From assembly GCA_046482545.1 (NCBI GenBank), contig JAWOEX010000010.1, positions 160,001-224,000 on the forward strand: a DNA stretch of 64,000 bases, given 5' to 3'. Origin of the DNA: Candidatus Thorarchaeota archaeon. GTDB taxonomy: Archaea > Asgardarchaeota > Thorarchaeia > Thorarchaeales > Thorarchaeaceae. The stretch's first letter is position 1. The number at the start of each line of letters is the position of its first letter. The notes beneath the pieces are model-generated. The model worked only from the letters and a program-made list of their open reading frames with translations. It was not told the DNA's origin and searched no databases. Shown here piece by piece: positions 51,570 to 61,699 of this stretch. Made by a program: the position numbers and the translations under genes.

Positions 51570-52283
51570 TTGAGCATGGAAACACAAACTAACAATGGTA
51601 TTGGCACTCTATCAGAGACCACTCTCCATGCTCAGCTCAAGGAAATCTACGCCGGAAAAACAGGACAAATGGAAGTGCCTATAGATGGATTTGTAGCAGA
51701 TGTTTTGAAAGATGAGCGAATAGTTGAGATACAAACTGCTAATTTCTCGGGAATTCGGGATAAGCTTCGAAGACTCATAAGAAACCACGAGGTTCTTCTT
51801 GTCTATCCAGTTGCGGCAGAAAAGTGGATCATAAAGGAGACGAACACATTCGGCGAAGAAATACAGAGGAGGAAATCACCCAAGCACGGAGGATTTGAGC
51901 AGGTCTTCTATGAGCTTGTCAGTATGCCTCATCTGATAAACAGCAGCAACTTCTCGATTGAAGTTGTGTTGACCGAAGAGGAAGATATCCGCAGGAAGAG
52001 TGATGATGCAAGCTGGAGAAGAAGAGGATGGAAGACAGTCAATCGCAAACTTCTAAGAATCATTGACAAGTCGTTATTCGAACAACCAGGTGATTTTCTT
52101 GCTTTCTTACCCCCATCATTGGACACGCCATTTACAAACAAGGAACTTGCAACAGCCACGGGATATACCAAGAGATTAGCCCAGAAAGTTACTTACTGCC
52201 TCAGGAAAATGGGGGTTCTTGAAGTACCGAAGAAGAGAGGCAGAGCATACCTCCATGACATTCTAGAAGAGATCCGCCACTAG
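51570..52283 (+). CDS. PD-(D/E)XK nuclease-like protein with C-terminal wHTH
   Basis: LHAQLK, VADV...VEIQT; LAQKVTYCLRKMG. Confidence 0.7.
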   Translation: MSMETQTNNGIGTLSETTLHAQLKEIYAGKTGQMEVPIDGFVADVLKDERIVEIQTANFSGIRDKLRRLIRNHEVLLVYPVAAEKWIIKETNTFGEEIQRRKSPKHGGFEQVFYELVSMPHLINSSNFSIEVVLTEEEDIRRKSDDASWRRRGWKTVNRKLLRIIDKSLFEQPGDFLAFLPPSLDTPFTNKELATATGYTKRLAQKVTYCLRKMGVLEVPKKRGRAYLHDILEEIRH

Positions 52284-52340
52284 GAAAACATCGGAACCGT
52301 CATATAGTCATCCTTTTTAGGGTGTTTTATATTAACTATA

Positions 52341-52595
52341 GTGAAATATATAATGAGCAATGCGCTGAAACCATCCAAAACCATTGATTGTGTAGGTCTC
52401 TACTGTCCTCAGCCGCTCTTCCAAACCCGTGAAGCCATGGATGAGTTAGAATCAGGGGAAATCCTCGAAGTTCTAGCAGATGATCCCGGTGCAGAAAGCG
52501 ATCTGAACAGCTTTGCCAGACGGACCGGAAATCAAATTGTTCTAACGGAAAGATTAAGCGAGGGAGTAATGCGATTTCTCATAGAGAAAGAATAA
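52341..52595 (+). CDS. tusA: TusA-family sulfur carrier
   Basis: IDCVGLYCPQP, ILEVLADD. Confidence 0.92.
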   Translation: MKYIMSNALKPSKTIDCVGLYCPQPLFQTREAMDELESGEILEVLADDPGAESDLNSFARRTGNQIVLTERLSEGVMRFLIEKE

Positions 52596-52600
52596 ACAAA

Positions 52601-53794
52601 ATGTGGAGAATGCCAAGAAAAATGAAGCATGCTTATCTTGATTATCAGTCGGCAAAACCGGTTGACCCTAGAGTGGTCGATGCAATGCTCCCCTATTTCA
52701 CAGAGAAATTTGGCAACCCATCAGCACTCCACGAAATCGGCGATGAGGCAACTGAAGCTCTGGAGAATAGCAGAAAACAGATTAAAGAGTTCATCAATGG
52801 TGGAGAGGAAAATATCGTCTTCACCTCAGGAGCAACGGAATCAATCAATTTGGGAATCATTGGCTATGCTCGTCGCAACCGAAGGAAAGGAAAACACATA
52901 GTCATCTCAGAAGTGGAGCATATATCAATTCGGAACATAGCCAAGTACCTGGAGAGGGAAGGGTTCACCGTATCTAGAGTTCCCGTCGATCAGTATGGGA
53001 TGATTCAGCTGGAGAAACTCGAGCGTAGACTCAGGGATGATACTATCCTTGTATCAATTGGTTATGCAAACAACGAGATAGGCACTATCCAACCGATGGA
53101 AGAAATCGGAAAAATGACAAGTGAACAAGGCATTGCCCTGCATACGGATGCGGTCGCTGCAGAAAGCCTTGTTCATCTCGATGTTGAACGAGATAACATC
53201 GACCTTATGACAATGTCCTCCAACGATATCTACGGGCCAAGAGGAGCAGGCATACTCTACTACAGAAGCCGTTCAAGACCCAACCCCGTTATGTTGGGAG
53301 GCGGACAAGAAGGCGGTCTGCGATCTGGCACTGAGAATCTGCCAGCAATAGTTGGAATGAGTGAAGCTGCGAAAATCATGGAACACGAAATGGATTCAGA
53401 GGTGAAAGAACTAGAGAGCTTCCGTGACAAACTCATAGACGGAGTCCTCAACACCGTACCTGATTCACACCTAAACGGTCATCCGACACAGCGTTTGGCC
53501 AATAACGCTCATTTCAGATTCGATGGTGTTGAAGGAGAAGCAATACTTCTCTCATTCAAGGATAAAGGAATCTCAGTATCAACAGGGTCTGCATGTACGT
53601 CTAGAACACTTCAGCCCTCACACACACTTATTGCTACAGGTCTCTTGCATGAGGAAGCACATGGTTCATTACAATTCACAGTAGGAAGATTCACAGAAGA
53701 TAACGATGTGGAGCGTGCTCTTGAGGCTACACCCGATATCATTAGAAGACTAAGAGAAATGTCGCCAATTTACAAAAGAAAGGAAGGTGCATAG
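52601..53794 (+). CDS. iscS: IscS-type cysteine desulfurase homolog (PLP Lys replaced by Asp)
   Basis: FGNPS, FTSGATES, SSNDIYGP, STGSAC. Confidence 0.92.
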   Translation: MWRMPRKMKHAYLDYQSAKPVDPRVVDAMLPYFTEKFGNPSALHEIGDEATEALENSRKQIKEFINGGEENIVFTSGATESINLGIIGYARRNRRKGKHIVISEVEHISIRNIAKYLEREGFTVSRVPVDQYGMIQLEKLERRLRDDTILVSIGYANNEIGTIQPMEEIGKMTSEQGIALHTDAVAAESLVHLDVERDNIDLMTMSSNDIYGPRGAGILYYRSRSRPNPVMLGGGQEGGLRSGTENLPAIVGMSEAAKIMEHEMDSEVKELESFRDKLIDGVLNTVPDSHLNGHPTQRLANNAHFRFDGVEGEAILLSFKDKGISVSTGSACTSRTLQPSHTLIATGLLHEEAHGSLQFTVGRFTEDNDVERALEATPDIIRRLREMSPIYKRKEGA

Positions 53795-53797
53795 AAG

Positions 53798-54571
53798 ATG
53801 AAATCAACGCAGTATTCAGACAAAGTCATGGATCACTTCCAGAACCCTAGGAATGTTGGAACACTAGAAGGAAAAAATGTTGCCGTGGGGAGAGTAGGTA
53901 ATCCTACGTGCGGTGATCTGATGGAGATGTTTGTTAGAATAGAAGATGACCGTATTGAGGATATCAAATTCCGTACCTTCGGTTGTGGTTCGGCAATTGC
54001 AACTAGCAGCATGATTACTGAAATGGTAAAGGGAAAAACAATCGAAGAAGCAATGAAAATAACCCGACAAGATGTCGCAGACGAGCTTGACGGGTTGCCA
54101 GCCATAAAGATGCATTGTTCCAATTTGGCATCAAGAGCCTTACACGAGGCGATACGGCAGTATCAAAAAGGAGAGGGAGAAGAGATAGAGTCAGAACTGG
54201 AACCCTGTCAGAAGGATAAGATTGAGGGGCTGGAGGAATTCATCGGAAAGGGCCTCTATCGAGAGGTAGAGAACCTAGAGGATTTGAAAGACAAGAGAAT
54301 CCTCATCGTTCACAGAAACGATTCATCAATAGAAATGGCAATCAAACTCACTGGTTACTCTAATCGTGTTGTTCTCATGACGTGCACAAAGAGCTTCGAG
54401 ACAACCAAGGACTTGGAGAAAGCTCTCGAAGAGTCCTCGGTAAAGCTTCTCAAGGAATCTCAGCTTCTAGGTGTCTCTGGTGAATTGGAAGTTGAAAAAG
54501 CTCGGATCCGTGATTTGGACGATCATGATGAATACGAACTGTTTACTGATGCTGTTGTGATTGGCAAGTAA
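53798..54571 (+). CDS. iscU: IscU/NifU-N scaffold with an extra C-terminal Rossmann-like domain
   Basis: NPTCGD, FGCGSAIA, KMHCSNLA; about 130 extra residues. Confidence 0.9.
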   Translation: MKSTQYSDKVMDHFQNPRNVGTLEGKNVAVGRVGNPTCGDLMEMFVRIEDDRIEDIKFRTFGCGSAIATSSMITEMVKGKTIEEAMKITRQDVADELDGLPAIKMHCSNLASRALHEAIRQYQKGEGEEIESELEPCQKDKIEGLEEFIGKGLYREVENLEDLKDKRILIVHRNDSSIEMAIKLTGYSNRVVLMTCTKSFETTKDLEKALEESSVKLLKESQLLGVSGELEVEKARIRDLDDHDEYELFTDAVVIGK

Positions 54572-54615
54572 GGATTGAAGCTAGTCCCATTGGGGCTGGC
54601 CATTTCCATCAGACT

Positions 54616-55290
54616 TCATTCCACACCAAAGTTCTCTGCAATAGAGCGGTCATACGGAGCTCTTCTGCCAATGCATTTTTCGCGCTCACAGATTTGACAG
54701 CTGTAGAAAGGCTCTTCGCTCTTGAAGTAAAGACCTGATATCGATTTTCTTGGATACATTATCAGGTTCTCCTGCAACTTCACGCCAATCCGCTCTCGAA
54801 CATCGCCCAACAGTCGAAACAAGTCTCGCTGCCCTTCTAGTTTGAAATCGTCAACTGAACCAGGGTTGTACCACGATAAGGTGGAGCTTCCTGAGAGGAG
54901 TTGCAGATGCTGCTGTAATCGTTGTGATGCCTGCAATAAGACGAAATCGCCGAGATATTCATAACAATACTGTTGGAGAGAATCATCAACTCGCCTAGCT
55001 CTTTTCTCAACAGCGTCACCGATGGTCATCACGAAAGGAAAAACTGAATCCGATTCCGAAAGCACGCGTGCAAGTACATTGCTTTGGAAACGTGAACCGT
55101 CTATTACTACGACTCCTTCACCTACTTCTTGAACATGGCAATGCTCCCAGACAGCTTTCGGTTCTGCAATGCTCTGAACTTCTTCCAGTATTGAAGTGAA
55201 ATCAGCTTCTCTTGTTTGTTCTTCAGTCAAATGGAGCTTGTCTGCGGCAATCTCTAAGCGAATGTCAACCTCTATCTTGAAAACCGGCAA
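54616..55290 (-). CDS. Methionine-synthase activation-domain-like protein
   Basis: FVMTIG, NPGS..DF, MYPRKSISG, C-terminal CQICEREKC. Confidence 0.8.
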   Translation of the reverse strand: MPVFKIEVDIRLEIAADKLHLTEEQTREADFTSILEEVQSIAEPKAVWEHCHVQEVGEGVVVIDGSRFQSNVLARVLSESDSVFPFVMTIGDAVEKRARRVDDSLQQYCYEYLGDFVLLQASQRLQQHLQLLSGSSTLSWYNPGSVDDFKLEGQRDLFRLLGDVRERIGVKLQENLIMYPRKSISGLYFKSEEPFYSCQICEREKCIGRRAPYDRSIAENFGVE

Positions 55291-55535
55291 TGAAGTTCCC
55301 CGAAAAACTATGTACTTACAAAGAAAAAACCATTGTCATGTAGGAGTTATCCGAATTTGAGAGCAATACGAATCGACAGAAATACAAAATAGCAGAAAGC
55401 GGTTAGGAATGTATCTCAATAATCATCTACATCAGCTTAGAATCTCGACTGACTGCCCAAAAGACAGCTTATATGTACGTTATAATGTATACATAATAAT
55501 GTATATTAATTCGTTCTCAAGAACAAAATCTGAAG

Positions 55536-55841
55536 ATGATTCAATCGGAGAATGGATCTAATGGCTCGCGAATCGGACTTCCCGAAGCCATGGACAGAGT
55601 GCTAGACGCCTTGAGTGAAGATGTTTCGTATTCTATCTCAAAGCTGTCAAGGAAAACAGGCCTTGATAGAAGAACAGTCGACAAAGTCATCGACATAATT
55701 CTTGAGATGCAGAAGACACTGAGATCGAAGACTCTGACGAAGAAGAGAGCAGGGCGCAGCTATGTCATTCAATTGCGGGATAGAATCAAGAAAGCAAAAG
55801 AACGCGTGTCGGGCTTGAGGAAGAAATCAAAGGAGGCGTAA
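55536..55841 (+). CDS. Small HTH protein
   Basis: SISKLSRKTGLDRRTVDKVI. Confidence 0.75.
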   Translation: MIQSENGSNGSRIGLPEAMDRVLDALSEDVSYSISKLSRKTGLDRRTVDKVIDIILEMQKTLRSKTLTKKRAGRSYVIQLRDRIKKAKERVSGLRKKSKEA

Positions 55842-55846
55842 TTCTG

Positions 55847-56371
55847 ATGTCTGTCAGAAATGGAGTCATTATGACTGCGTGTATGGTGTTTTTAGGGTCC
55901 GCAACTACCCATATGCTGTATCAGTCCCATGGGGTAGGTGTGGGTATACAAATAATGGTGACGCTCACCGTTGCAACTATTGGTGAGCACTACGTATCTA
56001 GTGAAGGGTACTATCATTATACCTCCATGAACGGTATTTTCGTAGGTCGCGTTCCTATATGGATTCCATTCATGTGGCTGGTGATTGTGCAGTCAGCCTA
56101 TTTGATACCCTCAGTACTAGGAATGTCGGGTATAACCAGCATCATCTCAGCTGGCATCATCGGTCTGCTTTGTGACATGGCGTTCATTGAGCCAGTCCTT
56201 TGCAGGATAGGAGGCTTATGGAAGTGGACACCTGTTTCCAATGGATACTTCAGCTTCGTACCTTCTATGCTGAATCGCCTGATAGCACCGTTTGGTAATT
56301 ACTTTGTTTGGTTTGTTTTCCCCGTGCTCATGGCTACAATCCTTGAAATCAGTCTTGTAATCACCGCCTAA
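55847..56371 (+). CDS. CruF/DUF422-like membrane protein
   Basis: GYYHY...VPIWIPFMW, CDMAFIEP, GLWKW, PFGNYFVW. Confidence 0.7.
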   Translation: MSVRNGVIMTACMVFLGSATTHMLYQSHGVGVGIQIMVTLTVATIGEHYVSSEGYYHYTSMNGIFVGRVPIWIPFMWLVIVQSAYLIPSVLGMSGITSIISAGIIGLLCDMAFIEPVLCRIGGLWKWTPVSNGYFSFVPSMLNRLIAPFGNYFVWFVFPVLMATILEISLVITA

Positions 56372-56413
56372 GCCGCTCACAATTTCTGCAGGAAGACACT
56401 CCATCAATGGACG

Positions 56414-57268
56414 CTAGACCAATGTATCGTGTGAAACTGATTTGAGCCAATTCAATGCTTGGAGGAAATTCGGCCAGCTTTCTTCATCAATCCCCCCTTC
56501 AGGTTCCAGGGTTAGGGGTCCATCGTACCCCCATCTCCGAACGACTAGTTCAATGGCATCTTGAAAGCTAAACGGTGCTTCAGGTAACTCCCATCTCCCA
56601 CCTTGAAGATATCCACGGACATGAATATTGGCAATTCTGTCCATTAGTCGCTCAAACTTGGACAACTCATCATACATCGCTGCCCATCTGGTATCAAGCG
56701 TAATCCAATCGAATTGTTCAACCAGTGCTACTGGGGTAAGATCTGGAAGATGTGTAGGTACGTTTTCAACAGATGCAACTATACCAGGAAAATGGCTACC
56801 TTCTTCACTCAATATCGCTTCTAGTTGATCAATGTTGAAAGACTTGCTATACGTGTCCCAGGCATGGAAGACTGCAATATTGGCTCCTACTCTTTCTGCA
56901 AGCTCCAGCGTATCATGTATCATTTTGCGGCCATACTGGATTTCTGCATCGTTGCCACAGAGATAGATGCCAACATCCCTGTTTGCATGCACGGAAAGAA
57001 TGGGTACACCGGAATCCGTAAGAATCTTCGCTAGCGAATCCACATCATAACCCGAGCTTTCTTTCCAAGGTTCCCTTCGAATCCCGGGACTACTTTCTAC
57101 CTTAGGGGGAAACTTTTTCTCCCACTCTGCTAGCCACTGAAACTCAAAGCCGTTTACAACTGATTCATCACATAGCTTCTGCATCACACACAGAGTTGCA
57201 TCCACATCATAGTACGTGCGTCCTACTAAAGCCGGTAATGGAGCGGAAGTCACAGAGAGTCTGTTCAA
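56414..57268 (-). CDS. Sugar-phosphate isomerase/AP-endonuclease-2 TIM barrel protein
   Basis: SVHA, VENVP, TLD, NIHV, TLEP. Confidence 0.8.
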   Translation of the reverse strand: MNRLSVTSAPLPALVGRTYYDVDATLCVMQKLCDESVVNGFEFQWLAEWEKKFPPKVESSPGIRREPWKESSGYDVDSLAKILTDSGVPILSVHANRDVGIYLCGNDAEIQYGRKMIHDTLELAERVGANIAVFHAWDTYSKSFNIDQLEAILSEEGSHFPGIVASVENVPTHLPDLTPVALVEQFDWITLDTRWAAMYDELSKFERLMDRIANIHVRGYLQGGRWELPEAPFSFQDAIELVVRRWGYDGPLTLEPEGGIDEESWPNFLQALNWLKSVSHDTLV

Positions 57269-57476
57269 ACTGTCATGCCTCGATGTCCAGAAAGTCGTTC
57301 TGAATTCGCTGTTGTCTTGAGTGTATTAAGTACTGAGGCTGGCTCAATACTCAGAAAATTTGAAGCAATAATCGTTTTTTCTTTTCAAAAGAGTAGTAAG
57401 CAACCAAAGCATATATGTCAATGGAATTTGCCAACTGTTGAATGGCGAATACCTCGTAAAGTGAGGTTCGATTGAT

Positions 57477-57752
57477 ATGCCTTTGACTAACAGCACATTG
57501 CTAGTACTCGGACAACTTCTGAAGAGAGGCCCGATGCCCCCTAAGGAAATCTCGAAGAAAGCAGGTGTCGCGCCGCGTACTGTCTCAAATGCTCTTCGTG
57601 AGCTCAGAAATAGGAACCTCTGTGCAAAGATGCCAAACTTACAAGATATGCGCAGTCCACTGTATTATGCCAACAAAGACAGAATCAGAGAGATCTACGG
57701 AAAGCCCGATGTCTGGTTATCCCAGCTGACATCAAGAATGAAGAATATGTAA
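57477..57752 (+). CDS. Small wHTH regulator, paralog 1
   Basis: GPMPPKEI...RTVSNALREL...PNLQDMRSPLY. Confidence 0.85.
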   Translation: MPLTNSTLLVLGQLLKRGPMPPKEISKKAGVAPRTVSNALRELRNRNLCAKMPNLQDMRSPLYYANKDRIREIYGKPDVWLSQLTSRMKNM

Positions 57753-57811
57753 CAAAAGGCCCATTAGCACCTGTCTATGGCTGCACAACCAAGCTTGAGA
57801 AAGGGTGTCAT

Positions 57812-58369
57812 TTGACTGAAAGACTAACCGAGAAGGAAATAGTCAGAATAGGCAAATTCATGGCTTACCTCTTGCGTCATCACCCCGAGGCACAGGGCCT
57901 TGAAATAGACCGAGAGGGGGGATGGGTTTCTGTTGACAAAATGCTGCGAATCCTAGATATCTCCCTAGTACAGCTTGAGCAAATTGTTAGAAGAGATAGC
58001 AAAGGCCGCTTTTCTTTCGAAGATGATTCACATCAAAGAATCCGAGCAAATTACGGTCACAGCATAGACATAGAGTTGGATCTGGAGGAAATCGAACCAC
58101 CCGATTTGCTTTACCATGGAACTGCTGAGCGCAAGTTGAGCCACATTCTCAAGAAGGGCATCAAAAAGATGAATCGACGCTATGTTCATCTTTCCAAAGA
58201 GTTTGAAACAGCGGTAACGGTTGGGCGGAGACATGGGAAGGCTACTGTTATTGTTATCAATGCCAAAATGATGCATAACCATGGAAAGAAATTCTTCCTG
58301 TCAGGTGATGAGACCTTTCTTACAGAATTTGTGCATCCGCGATACTTCAAACGGGTAGAGAAACCATAG
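57812..58369 (+). CDS. kptA: RNA 2'-phosphotransferase (Tpt1/KptA)
   Basis: LLRH, IRANYGHS, LYHGT, YVHLS. Confidence 0.93.
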   Translation: MTERLTEKEIVRIGKFMAYLLRHHPEAQGLEIDREGGWVSVDKMLRILDISLVQLEQIVRRDSKGRFSFEDDSHQRIRANYGHSIDIELDLEEIEPPDLLYHGTAERKLSHILKKGIKKMNRRYVHLSKEFETAVTVGRRHGKATVIVINAKMMHNHGKKFFLSGDETFLTEFVHPRYFKRVEKP

Positions 58370-58391
58370 CTAGATGGTTGGGATTTCGGAA

Positions 58392-59531
58392 TCATTGGGC
58401 AGATAAGGAACGAATCAAGTCCAAGGAGTCATCAACGGGTATCACCCATGTGTTCTTCTCGGAATCAAAAAGGTCAAAGACACTTTCATGTTCACCGCTC
58501 TTCCTCCTGAGAAGTGCTTGGTATTGGAGAAAATAGGATTTCAAGTAGGGTCGTAGGACATGGAATCGATCCATAAAATGCTTGAAAATTCCACTTGAGA
58601 TTCCGATTTTAAGGCAGTACTTGTTCAATGATTCAGCAGAGATTCCGATAAGGAACGGCAACTCAGAAATCTTGGCCAAAACGGCCCACGGATTCTTTGC
58701 TATCTCGATATAGAGAGCAACATGAATCCGTTCGCCCCCGGGAGTGTATGCAGGTTTATACCCCTTGATGATGCCTTCATTCTCCATGCGTCGTATTCTA
58801 GCCGATACAGATCCTTCAGAAAGCTCGAGCTCCTTTGCTAGCTTCCGTTGTGTAATCTTGCTATTCTGAATCATCTTTTCAAGTATCAAGACATCTTGAT
58901 GGTCAAATTGAGCTACTCCGGTTCCTTTACTAAAGTTAAGATCCAGCGGAATATCTTCTGGGTTGATACTGGTAAAGTCTCCAGGCCAACTCTGCCAATC
59001 CCAGTTCAAACTGTTATCAGGTTGTATCCGATGGAAGTCGGTTGTCTTCAGTTCATAGTCAACGATATCCAAAATATGATAGTCACTAATGAGACCAACA
59101 TCCCGCATCTCTTCCAGCAGCATTCGGTCTAAATTCGGCATTGTCAGGGGATACATGGCATGCACTTCGTATCCATTATACTTCCCATAAACGGCGGTCC
59201 ACCAGTAAAAGCTAGGAATGGCCTCGATGATCCGGAGAAGCCGTTTGGTTTCGCTCGGAATCTCTTCAATCTCGATTATGTGTTCTCCCAACCCCATTTT
59301 CCGTTCATGAGTCATAATCCGTGGTGAATGGAGCAATTCCTTTTCGTAAAGCTTGTTGAGCCTATACCTGATTGTCCTTGGTTTTGGCAAGTCAGTCGTA
59401 GATTTGGTATCCCCTTTTTCATACGCTTTTTTGAGGTGATTGTAAATCTCCCTCGCCGATGTTTTAGCCCCCAACTGGTCCAATGCAGCCATGATATGAA
59501 GGTCTGTTTGGTCAATGTCAAGTCTGCTCAT
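58392..59531 (-). CDS. Double Lrp/AsnC-type HTH regulator, paralog 1
   Basis: PRTIRYRLNKL; ITQRKLAKELELSEGSVSARIRRMENEGIIKGY. Confidence 0.85.
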   Translation of the reverse strand: MSRLDIDQTDLHIMAALDQLGAKTSAREIYNHLKKAYEKGDTKSTTDLPKPRTIRYRLNKLYEKELLHSPRIMTHERKMGLGEHIIEIEEIPSETKRLLRIIEAIPSFYWWTAVYGKYNGYEVHAMYPLTMPNLDRMLLEEMRDVGLISDYHILDIVDYELKTTDFHRIQPDNSLNWDWQSWPGDFTSINPEDIPLDLNFSKGTGVAQFDHQDVLILEKMIQNSKITQRKLAKELELSEGSVSARIRRMENEGIIKGYKPAYTPGGERIHVALYIEIAKNPWAVLAKISELPFLIGISAESLNKYCLKIGISSGIFKHFMDRFHVLRPYLKSYFLQYQALLRRKSGEHESVFDLFDSEKNTWVIPVDDSLDLIRSLSAQ

Positions 59532-59534
59532 GCA

Positions 59535-59810
59535 ATGATCTCTACGCATTTCTGTCGGTCAATCAACGCATTCCCACATATAGTGTCAGCTTGCCCACAG
59601 AGCGAGTACGGTAATGTGGTTACGTATTTGGCAAGCCAAGGTCCTGCATGTCCCAAAGAGATTGCAGATAAACTAGACATAGCTCCAAGAACCGTTAGTT
59701 TCGCCCTGCGAAAGCTCCGTAAAAGAATCCCCAACTTCCATGATATGCGTAAACCCAAGTACCTTGCAAACAAAGAAAAACTCCAGGAACTTGAGGCAAA
59801 AAATCGATGA
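59535..59810 (+). CDS. Small wHTH regulator, paralog 2 (probably degenerate)
   Basis: GPACPKEI...RTVSFALRKL...PNFHDMRKPKY; 5-aa deletion relative to its paralogs. Confidence 0.6.
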   Translation: MISTHFCRSINAFPHIVSACPQSEYGNVVTYLASQGPACPKEIADKLDIAPRTVSFALRKLRKRIPNFHDMRKPKYLANKEKLQELEAKNR

Positions 59811-59998
59811 GTGGCGTGCCCAGCTGAATGTACAGCTCGAGGTGCTCTAGCGGTATTCAACCAAATCAAACGTGACTAAACGTCCCCTGCAAATCAGGGT
59901 CGATATCTCTCCATCTCCTCAGAAGGATAGACGGGCACATAACAAGAAGGAGATTTCCCTCTTTCTCTCACACAATCCGTTTGATGTTTCAGCAGTGG

Positions 59999-61090
59999 TT
60001 ACCTCGTATCAGCGAATTCGTCGATAACCTGAATGCATCTGGCCTTCATGGACTGCCAGCTGTTCTTCTCTTCATCATATAGGTCGTAGGCACGATAGGT
60101 CGGCACCAATGACGGATCGTGTTGGGTTTGAAAGAAGAAAGATTCAAGGTGAGGGCGCAGTTCATCGAATGCCTGAAGGAAATCCTTGGTCTCTTCCATC
60201 GGGAGTCCAAATCTAATGCAGAACTCAGTTGGAGATTGCATCATGACATACAATGGAAAGGGCAATTGATAGAAACAACTCAGAACTGAGTCGTAGGGGC
60301 GCAGAAGCTGAATGAAACATGAAACGAGTAATTCCTGGCCGAATTCACCAATGACACATTTGTACCCCTTGATGACCCCTTCCTGTTCCAAGTGATTTAT
60401 TCTCCTGTTGATTTGTGTCTCCGATAGATTGAGGATATCACCGAGATCCTTGAGCGTCATGTCAGCATTCCGCGTTAGATATCGCAGCAGTCTAATATCC
60501 TTTGAATTGAAGGAAACAGGATGAGGATCCTGTGTGATAGGAGGATGGAATTCATCTTTCATTAGGCATTTTTCCACGATATCGGGCCATCGTGACCAAT
60601 CCCAAATCCATCTGTCTTCGTGACAATAATGGCTGAAATCAACAGGCTTGACATGAAAATCAACCATGTCAAACAGGTAATAGTCAGAAATCAGGTTATG
60701 CTTCTTCATCTGATATAGAATCTGCTCGTTCACTTCGGAGTCAGAAAGAGGATAGACCGAATGGACTACATACCCATTGTATTTCCCATAGGTGGGACTG
60801 AACCAGTAGAAAGGGGGCATGGCTTTTATCAATCGGTCAAGCCCTAGTTTGCTCGGATTCTTTTGATTCATTATCAGAATATGCTCGCCCAAACCAAGTT
60901 TCCGTTCGTATGTCATTGCATAGGGAGAAAGAAGGATTTTGTTTTCCTTCATTTTGGATAGGCGATATCGGATTGTTCTTGCGGGTATGCCCAGTATGTT
61001 TTCAAGCTCTTCTGTGGACTTCTTCGCGCCATGTTTTTCCAGCGCATTGAGTATGCGTATGTCCTTATCATCGAGCTCATATTCAGCCAT
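59999..61090 (-). CDS. Double Lrp/AsnC-type HTH regulator, paralog 2
   Basis: ARTIRYRLSKM; MTLKDLGDILNLSETQINRRINHLEQEGVIKGY. Confidence 0.85.
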   Translation of the reverse strand: MAEYELDDKDIRILNALEKHGAKKSTEELENILGIPARTIRYRLSKMKENKILLSPYAMTYERKLGLGEHILIMNQKNPSKLGLDRLIKAMPPFYWFSPTYGKYNGYVVHSVYPLSDSEVNEQILYQMKKHNLISDYYLFDMVDFHVKPVDFSHYCHEDRWIWDWSRWPDIVEKCLMKDEFHPPITQDPHPVSFNSKDIRLLRYLTRNADMTLKDLGDILNLSETQINRRINHLEQEGVIKGYKCVIGEFGQELLVSCFIQLLRPYDSVLSCFYQLPFPLYVMMQSPTEFCIRFGLPMEETKDFLQAFDELRPHLESFFFQTQHDPSLVPTYRAYDLYDEEKNSWQSMKARCIQVIDEFADTR

Positions 61091-61302
61091 TGCATCTCCA
61101 GCCTTGAAAGTTTACGGCGTTCTGCAAATCAAAAGGCGCTCTAGTAGGCACCAGAGCTTATCTTCTTCCTAGTTGGTCGTAGGACAAACATGGCAAAACC
61201 CTTAATAACGTATTTGCCAAAAGTAACATTGCTATGGGAAAAACGGCAATATTCTGATATTAGTTTGCCATCTTTCTCATTCAAAATTTGGAGAAAAAGC
61301 AG

Positions 61303-61599
61303 ATGGCTGGTGGCAATGCTGTTCCGAATTTCACCGCGAGTACAGTAGAAGTGCTCAAGCATCTGGCTAGCGAGGGTCCGATGTGTCCAAAAGATATCTC
61401 CAAAGAAACAGGAGTTTCACTTCGAACCGTTTCTTTTGCCCTACGTGAGCTTCGCCAAGAAAATCTGTGCCGGAGGATTCCCAACCTCCAAGATATGCGA
61501 AAGCCGCTTTACTCGGCTAATAAAGAGAACCTGCGACATCTTCAAAACAAAATCGATACTTGGCGTGCACTGATTCGGTCTCGCATGAAAGAAATGTAA
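61303..61599 (+). CDS. Small wHTH regulator, paralog 3
   Basis: GPMCPKDI...RTVSFALREL...PNLQDMRKPLY. Confidence 0.85.
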   Translation: MAGGNAVPNFTASTVEVLKHLASEGPMCPKDISKETGVSLRTVSFALRELRQENLCRRIPNLQDMRKPLYSANKENLRHLQNKIDTWRALIRSRMKEM

Positions 61600-61699
61600 G
61601 ACCCACCCACTTCTGGGCGGGATTCTCGCTCTCACGTAGTGTTGTATGCGTTTGACAGTTGCTTGTACGATTCTCTCTGGCAGGTTGACTGCCTCTATA

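Noticed and set aside
55470-55512. AT-rich stretch containing ATAATGTATATTA, similar to the E. coli dif core
   Set aside because: The flanking Xer-binding arms do not match; it is more simply the promoter/operator region of the downstream HTH gene.
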